Part shown: positions 19,668 to 31,300 of the stretch, one piece after another | Position numbering within the stretch: the stretch's first letter is position 1 | How the letters are laid out: each line of letters opens with the position of its first letter | Origin: an uncultured Acidobacteriota bacterium | GTDB taxonomy: Bacteria > Acidobacteriota > Vicinamibacteria > Fen-336 | Assembly: GCA_963720545.1 (NCBI GenBank) | Contig: OY970399.1 | Coordinates: forward strand, 192,001-256,000 | Direction of reading: 5' to 3' | DNA length: 64,000 nt | Program-made: the position numbers and the translations under genes | The notes under the pieces: generated by a model | Seen by the model: only the letters and a program-made list of their open reading frames with translations | What the model was told of the DNA's origin: nothing | The model's database searches: none

Positions 19668-20410
19668 GCGCAGGCTCGGTTTCGTTCGTCCTGGTGCGGC
19701 CGGCACGCGCGCAGAACATCGCGAGCGCCGCCCGCGCTCTCGCCAACATGGGTTTCTCGCAGCTCACGCTGGTGCACCCGCCCGACGATCTCGACGCAGA
19801 GGGAAGCCGCGGCGCCGCATACGGCGCCTGGGACGTCCTCGAGCGCGCGCGCCGCGTCGATTCACTCGCGGCAGCGGTGGGCGGCGCCACCTGGGTGGTC
19901 GCGACGTCCGGAAAGATGTCGACCGACGCGGTGCTGACACCGCGCGAGCTGGGCGCGGCAGCGGCGCCGCGGCTTGGCGGTGGCACCGAGCGGCTGGCCG
20001 TCGTCTTCGGTCCGGAGCGCACCGGTTTGCGCAACGACGAGCTGGCGTTGTGCCATGACGCCGTGCGCATTCCCGCGAATGCCGTGCAGCCGTCGCTGAA
20101 CCTCGCCCAGGCCGTGCTGGTCGTGGCCTACGAGCTGTCGCAGGCGCTTGCCGCCCCTGCGGCCGCAGCGGCAGTCACGGATCGTCCGACGACGGCGGAC
20201 ATGGAAGCCGTGCTCTCACAATGGCGCGCGGCGCTCGAACGAGTGGGCTACCTGCGAGAGGACTCCCCGGGCCGGCTGCTTGCCGAGCTGCGCCGCCTGC
20301 TGGCGCGCAGCGCTGCCACGCCGCGAGAGCTGAACCTGCTGCGGGGGATCGCGCGCCAGATCACATGGGCGGCAGAGAACACTTCAAATCCGCGCGGGCG
20401 GCAGCGATAA
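19664..20410 (+). CDS. TrmJ/LasT family SPOUT RNA methyltransferase
   Basis: VLVRP....NI...ARA..NMG, VFGPERTGL, SLNLAQAV; ATGA overlap with the upstream gene. Confidence 0.88.
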   Translation: MSAGSVSFVLVRPARAQNIASAARALANMGFSQLTLVHPPDDLDAEGSRGAAYGAWDVLERARRVDSLAAAVGGATWVVATSGKMSTDAVLTPRELGAAAAPRLGGGTERLAVVFGPERTGLRNDELALCHDAVRIPANAVQPSLNLAQAVLVVAYELSQALAAPAAAAAVTDRPTTADMEAVLSQWRAALERVGYLREDSPGRLLAELRRLLARSAATPRELNLLRGIARQITWAAENTSNPRGRQR

Positions 20411-20423
20411 TCGGGCCACCACC

Positions 20424-21998
20424 ATGAGCCTCGACAAGATGCTGCGCGCAGCCCGCCGTGCCGGCGGATCCGAGGTCCGGCTGATCCCGGGCCGCCGCAC
20501 CGTGGTCATCACCGCCACGGGTGAAGGCGAGATCCCCGGCCCGGTGCACACACCGATATCGATCGCGGAACTCGTTGCTCCGCACCTCACCCAGCCGGTG
20601 CGACAGGCCCTGACCGCAGGCTCGGCCGACTGGTGGCTGACGGTCGAGTCGATCGGCCAGATCTTCGCGGAAGCCAAGCAGGAGGCCGCCGGCGCGACCT
20701 TCGCCTTCACCTTTGGTCCGAGCAGCGCGCCCGCTTCCGCGGCGGTCGACATCCCCGACCCCTCGGTGGCAGAGCGCGGCGGTGCCGCCCCCGCCGGCGT
20801 CGAGCCGCCGCCAACGGCGCCAGCCGGGCCGCAGAAGACGGTGGTGGCGCCGAGGATCCAGGCCGGCAACGGCCCCGAGATCGAGGGCTTGCTCCGCATG
20901 CTCGTGGACCTGAAAGCATCCGACCTGCACCTGACCGTCGGCGCCCAGCCCAACGTCCGCCTCGACGGCGACATGCGGGCACTCGACGGCCACGCCGTGC
21001 TGACGCCCGAGGAAACGAAGCGGCTGCTGTGGCCGATCGTGCCGCCGCGCAACCGCGAGGAGTTCGAGCGCCGCAAGGACACCGACTTCGCTCATGAAAT
21101 TCCGGGCGTGGCGCGCTACCGCTGCAACGTCTTCGTGGACCGCAAGGGCATGGGCGGCGTGTTCCGGCTGATCCCGAGCAAGATCATGACCGCCGAGGAG
21201 ATGGGACTCTCCAAGGAACTCCTCGAGTTGTGCCACCTGCCAAAGGGGCTGGTGCTCGTGACCGGCCCGACCGGCTCGGGCAAGTCGACGACGCTCGCGG
21301 CGATGGTCGACTACGTCAACCGCACCCGCACCGATCACATCATCACCATCGAGGATCCGATCGAGTTCGTCCACGAGAACAACCAGTGCCTGGTCAACCA
21401 GCGCCAGGTGGGCGAGCACACCGAGTCGTTCCAGGGTGCGCTGCGCGCCGCCTTGCGCGAGGACCCCGACATCATCCTGGTGGGCGAGCTGCGCGACCTC
21501 GAGACCATCGCGATCGCAATCGAGACCGCTGAAACCGGGCACCTGGTGTTCGGCACCCTGCACACCTCGTCGGCGCCGTCCACGGTCGATCGCGTCATCG
21601 ACCAGTTTCCCGCCGACCGGCAGTCGCAGATCCGGGTCATGCTGGCCGAGAGCCTCAAGGGCGTCGTCAGCCAGGTGCTTTGCAAGAAGGTGGGCGGCGG
21701 GCGCGTGCCGGCGCTCGAGATCCTCATCGGCACGCCGCCGGTCGCGAACCTGATCCGCGAAGCCAAGACGTTCCAGATCGCGTCCACCATGCAGACCGGC
21801 AAGCGCTACGGCATGTGCCAGCTGAACGACGCGCTCTTCGACCTGGTCAAGCGCAAGCTGGTGCTGCCGCAGGAAGCGTGGGCCAAGTCCACCGACAAGA
21901 CGTCGTTGCTCGCGACGTTCCGCAAGAACAACATCGAGACGCCGTGGGCAACGAGCAGCGACACGGCGCCCGCCGCAGCGGCGGCGCCGGTCGCCTGA
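20424..21998 (+). CDS. pilT: Type IV pilus retraction ATPase PilT with N-terminal extension
   Basis: ASDLHL, GPTGSGKSTT, TIEDPIE, ALREDPD, GELRD, TLHT, VANLIRE (AIRNLIRE-like). Confidence 0.9.
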   Translation: MSLDKMLRAARRAGGSEVRLIPGRRTVVITATGEGEIPGPVHTPISIAELVAPHLTQPVRQALTAGSADWWLTVESIGQIFAEAKQEAAGATFAFTFGPSSAPASAAVDIPDPSVAERGGAAPAGVEPPPTAPAGPQKTVVAPRIQAGNGPEIEGLLRMLVDLKASDLHLTVGAQPNVRLDGDMRALDGHAVLTPEETKRLLWPIVPPRNREEFERRKDTDFAHEIPGVARYRCNVFVDRKGMGGVFRLIPSKIMTAEEMGLSKELLELCHLPKGLVLVTGPTGSGKSTTLAAMVDYVNRTRTDHIITIEDPIEFVHENNQCLVNQRQVGEHTESFQGALRAALREDPDIILVGELRDLETIAIAIETAETGHLVFGTLHTSSAPSTVDRVIDQFPADRQSQIRVMLAESLKGVVSQVLCKKVGGGRVPALEILIGTPPVANLIREAKTFQIASTMQTGKRYGMCQLNDALFDLVKRKLVLPQEAWAKSTDKTSLLATFRKNNIETPWATSSDTAPAAAAAPVA

Positions 21999-22003
21999 GC
22001 GGC

Positions 22004-22630
22004 GTGCGCAGCGTCCACCGCATCGCCTCGCCGGATGCGGTCACGGGTGCGGCGCTCAACCACGCGGCGCGCAGCCTCGACGCCGGCGGCTGCATCGTCT
22101 ATCCGACCGACACGCTGTACGCGATCGGCTGCCGCGCGGCCGACGGCGCGGCCGCGGCGCGGGTGCGGCTCGCCAAGGGCCGCGACGACGGCAAGCCGCT
22201 GCCGCTCATCGCCGGATCGCTCGCCCAGGCGGCGAGCCTCTCGAACGCCCTCGAAGGCGGCGCCGCGCTGCAGCTGGCACGGCTCTTCTGGCCGGGTCCG
22301 CTCACCCTGGTGCTGCCGCTCACCGCCGACCTTCCGTTCGACGTGACCGCCGGCCGCGACACCGTCGCCGTGCGGGTTCCGGCCGCTGCCTTCGCCCGCG
22401 CGCTGTGCGAACGCACCGGGCCGCTCGTGTCGACTTCGGCGAATCGCAGCGGCATGCCGGCGCCGCGCAGTTTCGCCGCCGCCGCCGCCGCGGTGGGCGA
22501 GTACGCCGAGGTCCTGATCGACGCCGGTGCCTTGTTCGGCGAAGCCTCGACGATCGTCGACATGACCGCGCAGCCGGCACTCGTGCGCGCCGGCGCGGTC
22601 GCATGGCGCGACGTGCAGCGGGCACTTTGA
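22004..22630 (+). CDS. tsaC: L-threonylcarbamoyladenylate synthase (Sua5/YrdC)
   Basis: YPTDTLYAIG, KGR...KPL, WPGPLT, STSANRSG, STIVD. GTG start assumed. Confidence 0.9.
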   Translation: MRSVHRIASPDAVTGAALNHAARSLDAGGCIVYPTDTLYAIGCRAADGAAAARVRLAKGRDDGKPLPLIAGSLAQAASLSNALEGGAALQLARLFWPGPLTLVLPLTADLPFDVTAGRDTVAVRVPAAAFARALCERTGPLVSTSANRSGMPAPRSFAAAAAAVGEYAEVLIDAGALFGEASTIVDMTAQPALVRAGAVAWRDVQRAL

Positions 22631-22664
22631 TCGCGGCTCTTTGCTACACTCGAAGCCGTCCTCA

Positions 22665-23912
22665 GTGAACCACGAACGCGCCCTGCTCGTCGGCCTCGCC
22701 ATCGGCGGCCCCTCCGCCCGCTCCCGTGCCGAAGGCTCACTCGAGGAACTGGCGCTGCTCGCCGAGAGCGCCGGCGCGGAAGTGGCTGGCAGCACCTACC
22801 AGGAGCGCGCGAGCCGCGATCCCGCAACGCTCGTCGGGCGCGGCAAGGTGGCGCAGATCGCCGCCCTGTGCGAGCAACTCGGCGCCAACCTGGTGCTGTT
22901 CGACGAGGATCTGACGCCGGCGCAGCAGCGCAACGTGGAGAAGGTGGTGGAGCGCAAGACGCTCGACCGCACCCAGCTGATCCTCGACATCTTCGCGAAA
23001 CGCGCGCGCACCCTGGAAGGCCGGCTGCAGGTGGAGCTGGCGCAGCTCGACTACTTGCTGCCGCGGCTCGCGGGCCGCGGCATCGAGCTGTCGCGGCTGG
23101 GCGGCGGCATCGGTACCAGGGGGCCCGGCGAGACCAAGCTCGAGACCGACCGCCGGCGGATCCGCGAGCGGATGTCGAAGGTGCGCCGCGACATCGAGCA
23201 CGTGCGCCGCGAGCGCCGCACGCGCCGCACGGCCCGTGCCCGCAAGGGGGCGCCGATCGTGGCGCTCGTGGGCTACACCAACGCCGGCAAGTCCACGCTC
23301 TTCAACGCGCTCACCCAGGCGCGCACCGCGGTCTCGAGCCAGGTGTTCATGACCCTCGACCCGCTGGTGCGGCGCGCGCGCCTCGGCGACGGCCGCGACC
23401 TGCTGATGGTGGACACTGTCGGCTTCATCCAGAAGCTGCCGCACTCGCTGGTCGCGGCGTTTCGCGCCACTCTCGAGGAAGTCACCGACGCCGACCTGAT
23501 GCTGCACGTGGCCGATGCCGCCGCCGCCGACCGCGATGCCCGGCTTGCCGCGGTTGACGCAGTGCTCGCCGAGATCGGCGGCTCCGAGCGTGAGCTGCTC
23601 CTCGTCTTCAACAAATGCGATGGGCTGAGCACGGCGGAGCGGCTCTCACTGCAGCAGGCCTATCCCGGCTCGGTGCTGGTCTCGGCGCTCACCGGTCTCG
23701 GCCTGAAGACGCTCGGCGAGGCGATGGCGCTGCGGCTTTGCCTGGGCCTGCGGCCGGTGCGACTGCGCTTCCATTCGAGCGAAGGCCAGAAGATCGCCTC
23801 GGTCTACCGGGCGGGGAAAGTGAATTCGGTTGCGGCCGAAGGCGACGCGCTGGTGCTCGAAGCCGAACTGCCCGAGCGCTCCATTGGCCGTTTCTCGGGA
23901 AACGTCGAATGA
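22665..23912 (+). CDS. hflX: Ribosome-splitting GTPase HflX
   Basis: LILDIFA.RA, GIGTRGPGETKLE, GYTNAGKS, DTVGF, NKCD. GTG 22665 preferred over TTG 22641. Confidence 0.95.
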   Translation: MNHERALLVGLAIGGPSARSRAEGSLEELALLAESAGAEVAGSTYQERASRDPATLVGRGKVAQIAALCEQLGANLVLFDEDLTPAQQRNVEKVVERKTLDRTQLILDIFAKRARTLEGRLQVELAQLDYLLPRLAGRGIELSRLGGGIGTRGPGETKLETDRRRIRERMSKVRRDIEHVRRERRTRRTARARKGAPIVALVGYTNAGKSTLFNALTQARTAVSSQVFMTLDPLVRRARLGDGRDLLMVDTVGFIQKLPHSLVAAFRATLEEVTDADLMLHVADAAAADRDARLAAVDAVLAEIGGSERELLLVFNKCDGLSTAERLSLQQAYPGSVLVSALTGLGLKTLGEAMALRLCLGLRPVRLRFHSSEGQKIASVYRAGKVNSVAAEGDALVLEAELPERSIGRFSGNVE

Positions 23913-25240
23913 AAGCCGCTGCTCCGGCCGTGCGACTTGCCTGGTGCCTGCTACTGCTCACCGCCGCCGGGTGCGCCCCCAGGGCGGCGCCGCGCGGACC
24001 GGCCAATTTTCCGAAGGAAGACGACTACGAGCGGCCGAGCGTCTCCGGCCTGAACGAGAAGCAGGCCGCGGTCCTGAGCGACGCCTGGGCCGCCATCGGC
24101 GTCGGCGACACCGCTGCCGCAATACAGTCGCTCGGCGCCGCGCTGCGCAAGGATCCGAACGCAGTCAGCCTGCGCACCGCGCTCGGTTATGCCTACCTGC
24201 GCGCCGGCCGCACCGCCGACGCCAAGGCCGAGTTCGACGCGGTGCTCGCGCGCGATTCCGCCCAACGCGCGGCGCTCGTTGGCGCCGCCACCAGCGCGCG
24301 CAAGCTGGGCAAGGTCGAGGAAGCGCTGGCGCTCTACCGCTCCGCGCGCAACGGCGTCGGCGTCGATAGTCCGATGCTCGACCGGCGCATCGCCGAGCTG
24401 AGCGCGGCACGCGCCGACAGCCTGGTGGCGGATGCCCGCCGGCTGCGCGGCAGCAACGACCTCGAGGCGGCGCTCGCCGCATACGCGCGGGCCCTCGAGG
24501 CGGCACCCGGGCTCGTCGGTTTGCGCCTCGAATGGGCCGACGTGCTGATCGAGCTGGGGCGGCGCGACGACGCCGTGCGGCTTCTGCAGCAAAGCGACCC
24601 GACCGATCGCGGTTCACGCCTGTACCTGGCGCAGCTCTTCGCCGAGGAAGGCAACGTCGCCGAGGCCGCGACACTTTTGGAGGCGTTGCACCAGGCATTG
24701 CCGGCGGATGCCGAGGTTGCGGAGCGCCTCGCGGAACTGCGCCGCTCGCGCACCGAGGCCGCGGTTCCCGACGAGGTCCGGGACATTGCGGCCGCGCAAT
24801 GGGCGACGCGCGCCGACCTTGCGGCGCTCCTGGTCGCTACCGTCCCGGAGATGGCCGAGAGTGCGTCGCAGCCGCCGCCGGTGGCAACCGACATCGAAGG
24901 GTTGTGGGGGCGCGAGTACATCCTGAAGGCGCTGTCGCTGGGCCTGATGGAGACCTATCCGAACCACACGTTCCAGCCCGACGCGACCATCCGGCGCGGC
25001 GACCTCGGCCACGCCCTCGGGCGCGCGCTCGCGCGGCTCGGCGTGGCGGCACCCGCGACGCCGCCGGCGATGAAGGACGTGACACCGAACAACCGCCTCT
25101 ATCCGGAGATCGCCGCCGCGGTCGCCGCTGGCCTGCTGCCGCTCAACGCGGAGGGCGCCTTCGAAGCGTGGCGGCCGGTCACCGGCGCCGAAGCGGTGCG
25201 CGCCGTCGCGGCCCTCACCGCGCGCCTGCATCGCCCGTAG
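23909..25240 (+). CDS. TPR-repeat lipoprotein with C-terminal SLH-like domains
   Basis: Lipobox AAGC; TPR-like Ala/Leu/Tyr helices; GLMETYPNHTFQPD..IRR and GAFE..RPVT SLH-like motifs. Confidence 0.72.
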   Translation: MKAAAPAVRLAWCLLLLTAAGCAPRAAPRGPANFPKEDDYERPSVSGLNEKQAAVLSDAWAAIGVGDTAAAIQSLGAALRKDPNAVSLRTALGYAYLRAGRTADAKAEFDAVLARDSAQRAALVGAATSARKLGKVEEALALYRSARNGVGVDSPMLDRRIAELSAARADSLVADARRLRGSNDLEAALAAYARALEAAPGLVGLRLEWADVLIELGRRDDAVRLLQQSDPTDRGSRLYLAQLFAEEGNVAEAATLLEALHQALPADAEVAERLAELRRSRTEAAVPDEVRDIAAAQWATRADLAALLVATVPEMAESASQPPPVATDIEGLWGREYILKALSLGLMETYPNHTFQPDATIRRGDLGHALGRALARLGVAAPATPPAMKDVTPNNRLYPEIAAAVAAGLLPLNAEGAFEAWRPVTGAEAVRAVAALTARLHRP

Positions 25241-25263
25241 GCCTTTCGAAAACCCGAAAAACC

Positions 25264-25279
25264 GGTGAGCGCCGTCACA
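25264..25279. promoter_or_regulatory. CRP-type binding box upstream of the crp-like gene
   Basis: GGTGA-GCGCCG-TCACA, one mismatch to TGTGA-N6-TCACA, with A-rich flanks. Confidence 0.6.
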
Positions 25280-25346
25280 AACGCCGCGGGCTTGCGGTAC
25301 CATTCCGGGTCAAAGACGCCCTAGCGCCATTTTGGAGAGCCATTAA

Positions 25347-26032
25347 ATGGATGTTCGAGAGCTGCTGCGAAGCGTGCCCATCTTCTCGGATGTGGAAGAC
25401 CCCGGCATCGAAACCCTGACGAGGGTCGTGGCCCGCAAGGTCTACCCGAAGGACGGCGTCGTATTCTTCGAGAACGAGGCGGGCGACACCCTCTTCATGA
25501 TCCTGACCGGACGCATCAAGGTCACGATCCTGGGCGACGACGGCCGCGAGATCATCCTCACCGTGCTCGGCCCCGGCGACTTCTTCGGCGAGATGTCGCT
25601 GCTCGACAACGAGCCGCGCTCGGCGACGGCAATCGCGACCGAAGAGACGGAGCTCGTGTCCCTGCAGCGCGCCGACTTCGAGACGGTGCTGTCCGACAAC
25701 AAGGAAATAGCCCTCGGCCTGATCCGCATCCTGACCCAGCGCCTGCGCCGCGCCGATCAGCAGATCGAGACGCTGGCGCTCCTCGACGTCTACGGCCGCG
25801 TCGCACGCCTCATCGTCGACCTGGCGAAGGAAGAAGGCCGCCGGCTGAAGGACGGTCGCGTCGCCTTCCGCCGCGCCACGCACCAGGAGATCGCGAACCG
25901 CATCGGCACTACCCGGGAAACCGTGACGCGCATCCTCAAGGACCTGGAGCGCGCCGGCCGCATCAAGGTGGAAGGCAGGGAGCTGGTGGTGCCCGCCGAC
26001 TACGAGAAGGTGTTCGACGAGGGCACCAGCCG

Positions 26033-26036
<4 letters not shown>
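25347..26036 (+). CDS. crp: Crp/Fnr family transcriptional regulator (CRP-like)
   Basis: cNMP-binding FGEMSL...RSA; HTH THQEIANRIGTTRETVTR. Confidence 0.88.
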
Positions 26037-27363
<1,327 letters not shown>

Positions 27364-27364
<1 letters not shown>

Positions 27365-27402
27365 CACCATGCCGCGATGCCCGCGGCCGAGGAAGGGAAC
27401 AT
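27364..27402 (-). CDS. Putative 12-aa leader peptide MFPSSAAGIAAW
   Basis: AGGAG 9 nt before the ATG; its TGA overlaps the regulator ATG (TGATG). Confidence 0.45.
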
Positions 27403-27433
27403 GTCGTTGGACTCCTGTGTGCCTGTTCGAAAT

Positions 27434-27449
27434 TGCAAGCGACGGGCCA
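27434..27449 (-). promoter_or_regulatory. Putative sigma-54 promoter for the activator gene
   Basis: Minus strand TGGCCCGTCGCTTGCA: GG-N10-GC with TTGCA. Confidence 0.65.
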
Positions 27450-27565
27450 GTACCGTTTCGGCCCAGGCAGCACGATTCTGGGCGCGGCCCAAGCACAATT
27501 GTAGAGTTTTCACGCTACCTGCGGGTCAAAAGCTCCAAACAATGCCGCCCACGGGCGCTTGCGAC

Positions 27566-27581
27566 CGGCACGCGTGTTGCA
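27566..27581 (+). promoter_or_regulatory. Putative sigma-54 promoter for the lmo0937-like/ferritin genes
   Basis: CGGCACGCGTGTTGCA, near-consensus YGGCACG-N4-TTGCW. Confidence 0.75.
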
Positions 27582-27641
27582 CCTGCACCGGCGAGCCGGC
27601 GACCTGGCTTCCCAGGATCACTGCCGCGCACGGAGGCTTTC

Positions 27642-27791
27642 ATGCTCTGGACCATCTTCGTCATCCTCATCGTGTTGTGGCTGCTGGGTATGGTCAGTTC
27701 GTACACCCTCGGCGGCTTCATCCACATCCTGCTGCTGCTCGCGATCGCGGTGGTCCTCATCAACGTCATCCAGGGCAGACGGCCGCTGTAA
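27642..27791 (+). CDS. lmo0937-family small membrane protein (49 aa)
   Basis: MLWTIFVILIVLWLLG....YTLGGFIHILLLLA matches this family; GGAGG RBS. Confidence 0.85.
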   Translation: MLWTIFVILIVLWLLGMVSSYTLGGFIHILLLLAIAVVLINVIQGRRPL

Positions 27792-27809
27792 GCGGCTAAA
27801 ATCGGGCTC

Positions 27810-28364
27810 ATGCCTGGAGAATTCGCCGCCGATGTGGCGGCCATCCGTAAGCGCGCCCGGCAGCACATCGAACAGGGCGCGGTCACCGGGGCTTACAAGG
27901 GCAATCTAAAGGTTGTCCTGCAGCTCCTCAACGAGGCGCTCGCGACGGAGATAGTCTGCGTGCTCCGCTACAAGCGCCATCACTATGTCGCGAAGGGCAT
28001 CCACGCGTCGTCGGTGGCCGCCGAGTTCCTCGCCCACGCGGGCGAGGAGCAGGGCCACGCCGACCAGATCGCCGCGCGCATCACCCAGCTCGGCGGCGAG
28101 CCCGACTTCGCTCCCGACACTCTCACCAAGCGCTCGCACTCCGAATACGTCACCTCCGACAGCCTGATCGAGATGATCCGCGAGAACCTCATCGCCGAGC
28201 GCATCGCGATCGAGTCGTACTCGGAAATGATCCGCTACATCGGCGATTCCGATCCCACCACCCGCACCATGCTCGAAGGCATCCTTGCGGTCGAGGAGGA
28301 GCACGCCGAAGACATGGTGTCGCTGCTCGCCAGCATGGGCGACAAGCAGAAGAAGGAGAAGTAG
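27810..28364 (+). CDS. Ferritin-like/bacterioferritin-like (Dps-like) di-iron protein
   Basis: LNEALATE, EEQGHAD, ENLIAERIAIESY and EEEHAED di-iron ExxH motifs. Confidence 0.88.
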   Translation: MPGEFAADVAAIRKRARQHIEQGAVTGAYKGNLKVVLQLLNEALATEIVCVLRYKRHHYVAKGIHASSVAAEFLAHAGEEQGHADQIAARITQLGGEPDFAPDTLTKRSHSEYVTSDSLIEMIRENLIAERIAIESYSEMIRYIGDSDPTTRTMLEGILAVEEEHAEDMVSLLASMGDKQKKEK

Positions 28365-28386
28365 CCGCCTTCGCCCGCGCTCGCCG

Positions 28387-31300
28387 TCACACCGGCGAGG
28401 CGGGCACTCCCAGCCGGATCTTCACCAGACGAGTGCGCTGCCCGGCGCCGCCGGAACTCAGCGGAATGGCGGCGGGATCGACGTTCTCGCCGTCCAGCGT
28501 CGCCTCGGCAACGCCGCGGCACAGCGAGTCGGGGTTCGTCACCTCGATCTCGTAGAGCGTGCCGTCCACCCGCCACTTCATCGAGAATCCGGGCCAGACG
28601 GACGGTATGCAAGGGTCGAGCGTGAAGGTGTCGCCGCGCCGCCGCAAACCGAGGATTTCCTCTGTGCCGATGCGGTAGGCCCAGCCGGCCGAACCCGTGT
28701 ACCAGGTCCAGCCGCCGCGGCCGCCCTGGTCGGCGAGCGCGTAGACGTCGCCGGCGATGACGTACGGCTCGACCTTGTAGCGGTCGGCCTCGGCGCGGGT
28801 GCGCGCATGGTTGACGGGGTTCACCATGTGGAACATCTCCATCGCTTCGTCGCCGCTGCCGAGGCGGGCGAGCGCCAGGATGACCCAGAGTGCCGCGTGC
28901 GTGTACTGGCCGCCGTTCTCGCGCACCCCCGGCGGATAGGCCGCGATGTAGCCGGGGTCGTGCACCGGCGCCTCGAATGGCGGCTCCAGCAGCAGGATGA
29001 GGGATGCCGCGCGCTGGATGAGGCGGGTGCGCACCGCGTCCATCGCACGTTCGGCGCGCTGGCGCGGCGCGATGCCGGAGATCACCGACCACGACTGGGC
29101 GATCGAGTCGATGCGGCACTGCTCCGCCTGCTTGGTGCCGAGCGGCGTGCCGTCGTCGAAGTACGCCCTGCGATACCACTCGCCGTCCCAGGCGTGCTCC
29201 ATCATGTCGCCGAGGCGCGCGGCCTCGGCCCGGTAGCGAGCACCGCGCGGCTCGTCGCCGCGCACGTCGCAAATGGGCGCAAACGTGCGCAGCAGGCTTG
29301 CCAGGAACCAGCCCACCCAGACGCTCTCGCCGCGGCCTTCCTCGCCGACGCGGTTCATGCCGTCGTTCCAGTCGCCGCTGCCCATGAGCGGCAGTCCGTG
29401 CGGGCCCACTGTGAGCGCCTTGTCGATGGCACGCAGGCAATGCTCGAAGACGCTCGCCTCCTCTTTCGCGGGCGACGCCGGCCGGTACGCCTCCTGCTCG
29501 CCGGGTGCGAGCAGCTCCCCCTGCAGGAAGGGGACACTCTCGTCCAGCAGCGCGGAATCGCCGGTGGCAGCGACGTAGTGCGCCGCAGCGTACGGCAGCC
29601 AAAGCAGGTCGTCCGAGCAGCGGGTGCGGGTTCCGCGGCCGGTGTGCGGATGCCACCAGTGCTGCACGTCACCCTCGCGAAACTGGCGCGCTGCCGCGGT
29701 CAGCACCTGCCCGCGCAGCATCTCCGGGCGCACCAATGTTAGCGCCAGCGAATCCTGCAGCTGGTCACGGAAGCCGAAGGCACCGCCCGGCTGGTAGTAG
29801 CCGGAGCGCGTGAACAGGCGGCAGGCAACGGTCTGGTAGAGGAACCACCGGTTCACGACCATGTCGAACGAGTCGTCCGGTGTCGCCACCTCGATGGCGC
29901 CCAGCAGGCCGTCCCAGTGCGCGTTCCCGGCGGCCCGCGCGGCGCCCGCGGCGTCGAGCGACGTGTGCTCCCGCACCAGGCGCAGCGCCTGCTCGCGGTC
30001 CTGCGCCTGGCCGATCGCGAACACAACACTGCGGGTCTCGCCGGGCGCCAGATCGATGCGCACCTGCAGCGCGGCGCACGGGTCGAGGCCGGCGCCGAAG
30101 CGGCCGGCGAGGACGTGGCGGCGCAGCGCGGCCGGCCGGTGCGGCGCCTGATTGCGGCCGACGAATTCGGTGCGATCGCCGGTGGCGGACGCCGGCCGCT
30201 CGCTCGCCACCAGGAACGCGGTGCGGCCGGGAAATTCCGAAGTGAAGGGATTGGTCGCGAGCACCGCGGCCGTCTCCTCGTCGAACTCCGTGACGACGTA
30301 ATCCTCGGTGTCGGCGCGCGGCTGGCCGAGCACCCATTCGGCATAGGCGAACGCGCACAACCGGCGCGGCGCGTCGCCATTGTTGCGCACCGTGAGCACG
30401 CTGTACTTGACCGGCTCACGCGGCGCCACGAACACCGACAGCTCGTGCTCGATGCCGTCGCGTTCGTGCGCGAAGGTGGTGTAGCCGGCGCCATGGCGGC
30501 AGAGGTAGCGCCCGGCAACGCTGCCGCGCGCACTCGAGGCTGGCACCGCGCCCCAGACCGTGCGCCGCTCCTCGTCGCGCAGGAAGAAGAGCTCGCCGCT
30601 CGGGTCGAGGACGGCGTCGTTGGCGAAGCGCGTCAGGCGGTTCTCGCGGCTGTTCTCACTCCAGGTGAAGGTGGCGCCCGACGCGGAGACTATGGTGCCG
30701 AAGCCGGGGTTCGCGAGGACGTTCACCCACGGCAGCGGCGTGTCGCCCTCGCCCTCCGTCACCACCACGTACTCGCGGCCGTCGTTGCTGAAGCCGCCGT
30801 AGCCGTTGTCGAAGCGCAGCCGCGGCCGTTGCTGGCGCGCACCCGCGGCGGCCGGCGCGTCGCTGACGTCGAACTCCTCGAGCGGCGCTTCCGCGGCCAC
30901 CGGGCGGTCGAGCTGGCTCGCGAGGTCGCCGCGTTCGCCGTTCAGCACCACGCGCGCGACTGCCGCGAGCAGCTGGCGTTCGGCGGGCGGCAGGCTCTCG
31001 CCGCGCAGCAGGTAAGCGCCGCCGGGACGGTCCTTGTACGAGGTCCATGGGCCGCTTTCGAGCAACGTCGCGAGCTGCTGGTGCATCTCGTCGCGGTAGC
31101 TCGCCGGGTGCTCGTTCAGGATCACGAGGTCGGCGCTCCAACCCTTGAGGCGCCAGTACTCCTGCGCCTGCAGGCACTGGCGCACGAGCGGCAGGTCGTC
31201 CTCCTCGACCACGCGCACCAGCAGGATCGGCAGGTCGCCGGAGATGCCGTGCGGCCACAGGCCGGCCTGGCCGAGCTGGTTCTGCGCCCGCTCGCGCGCC

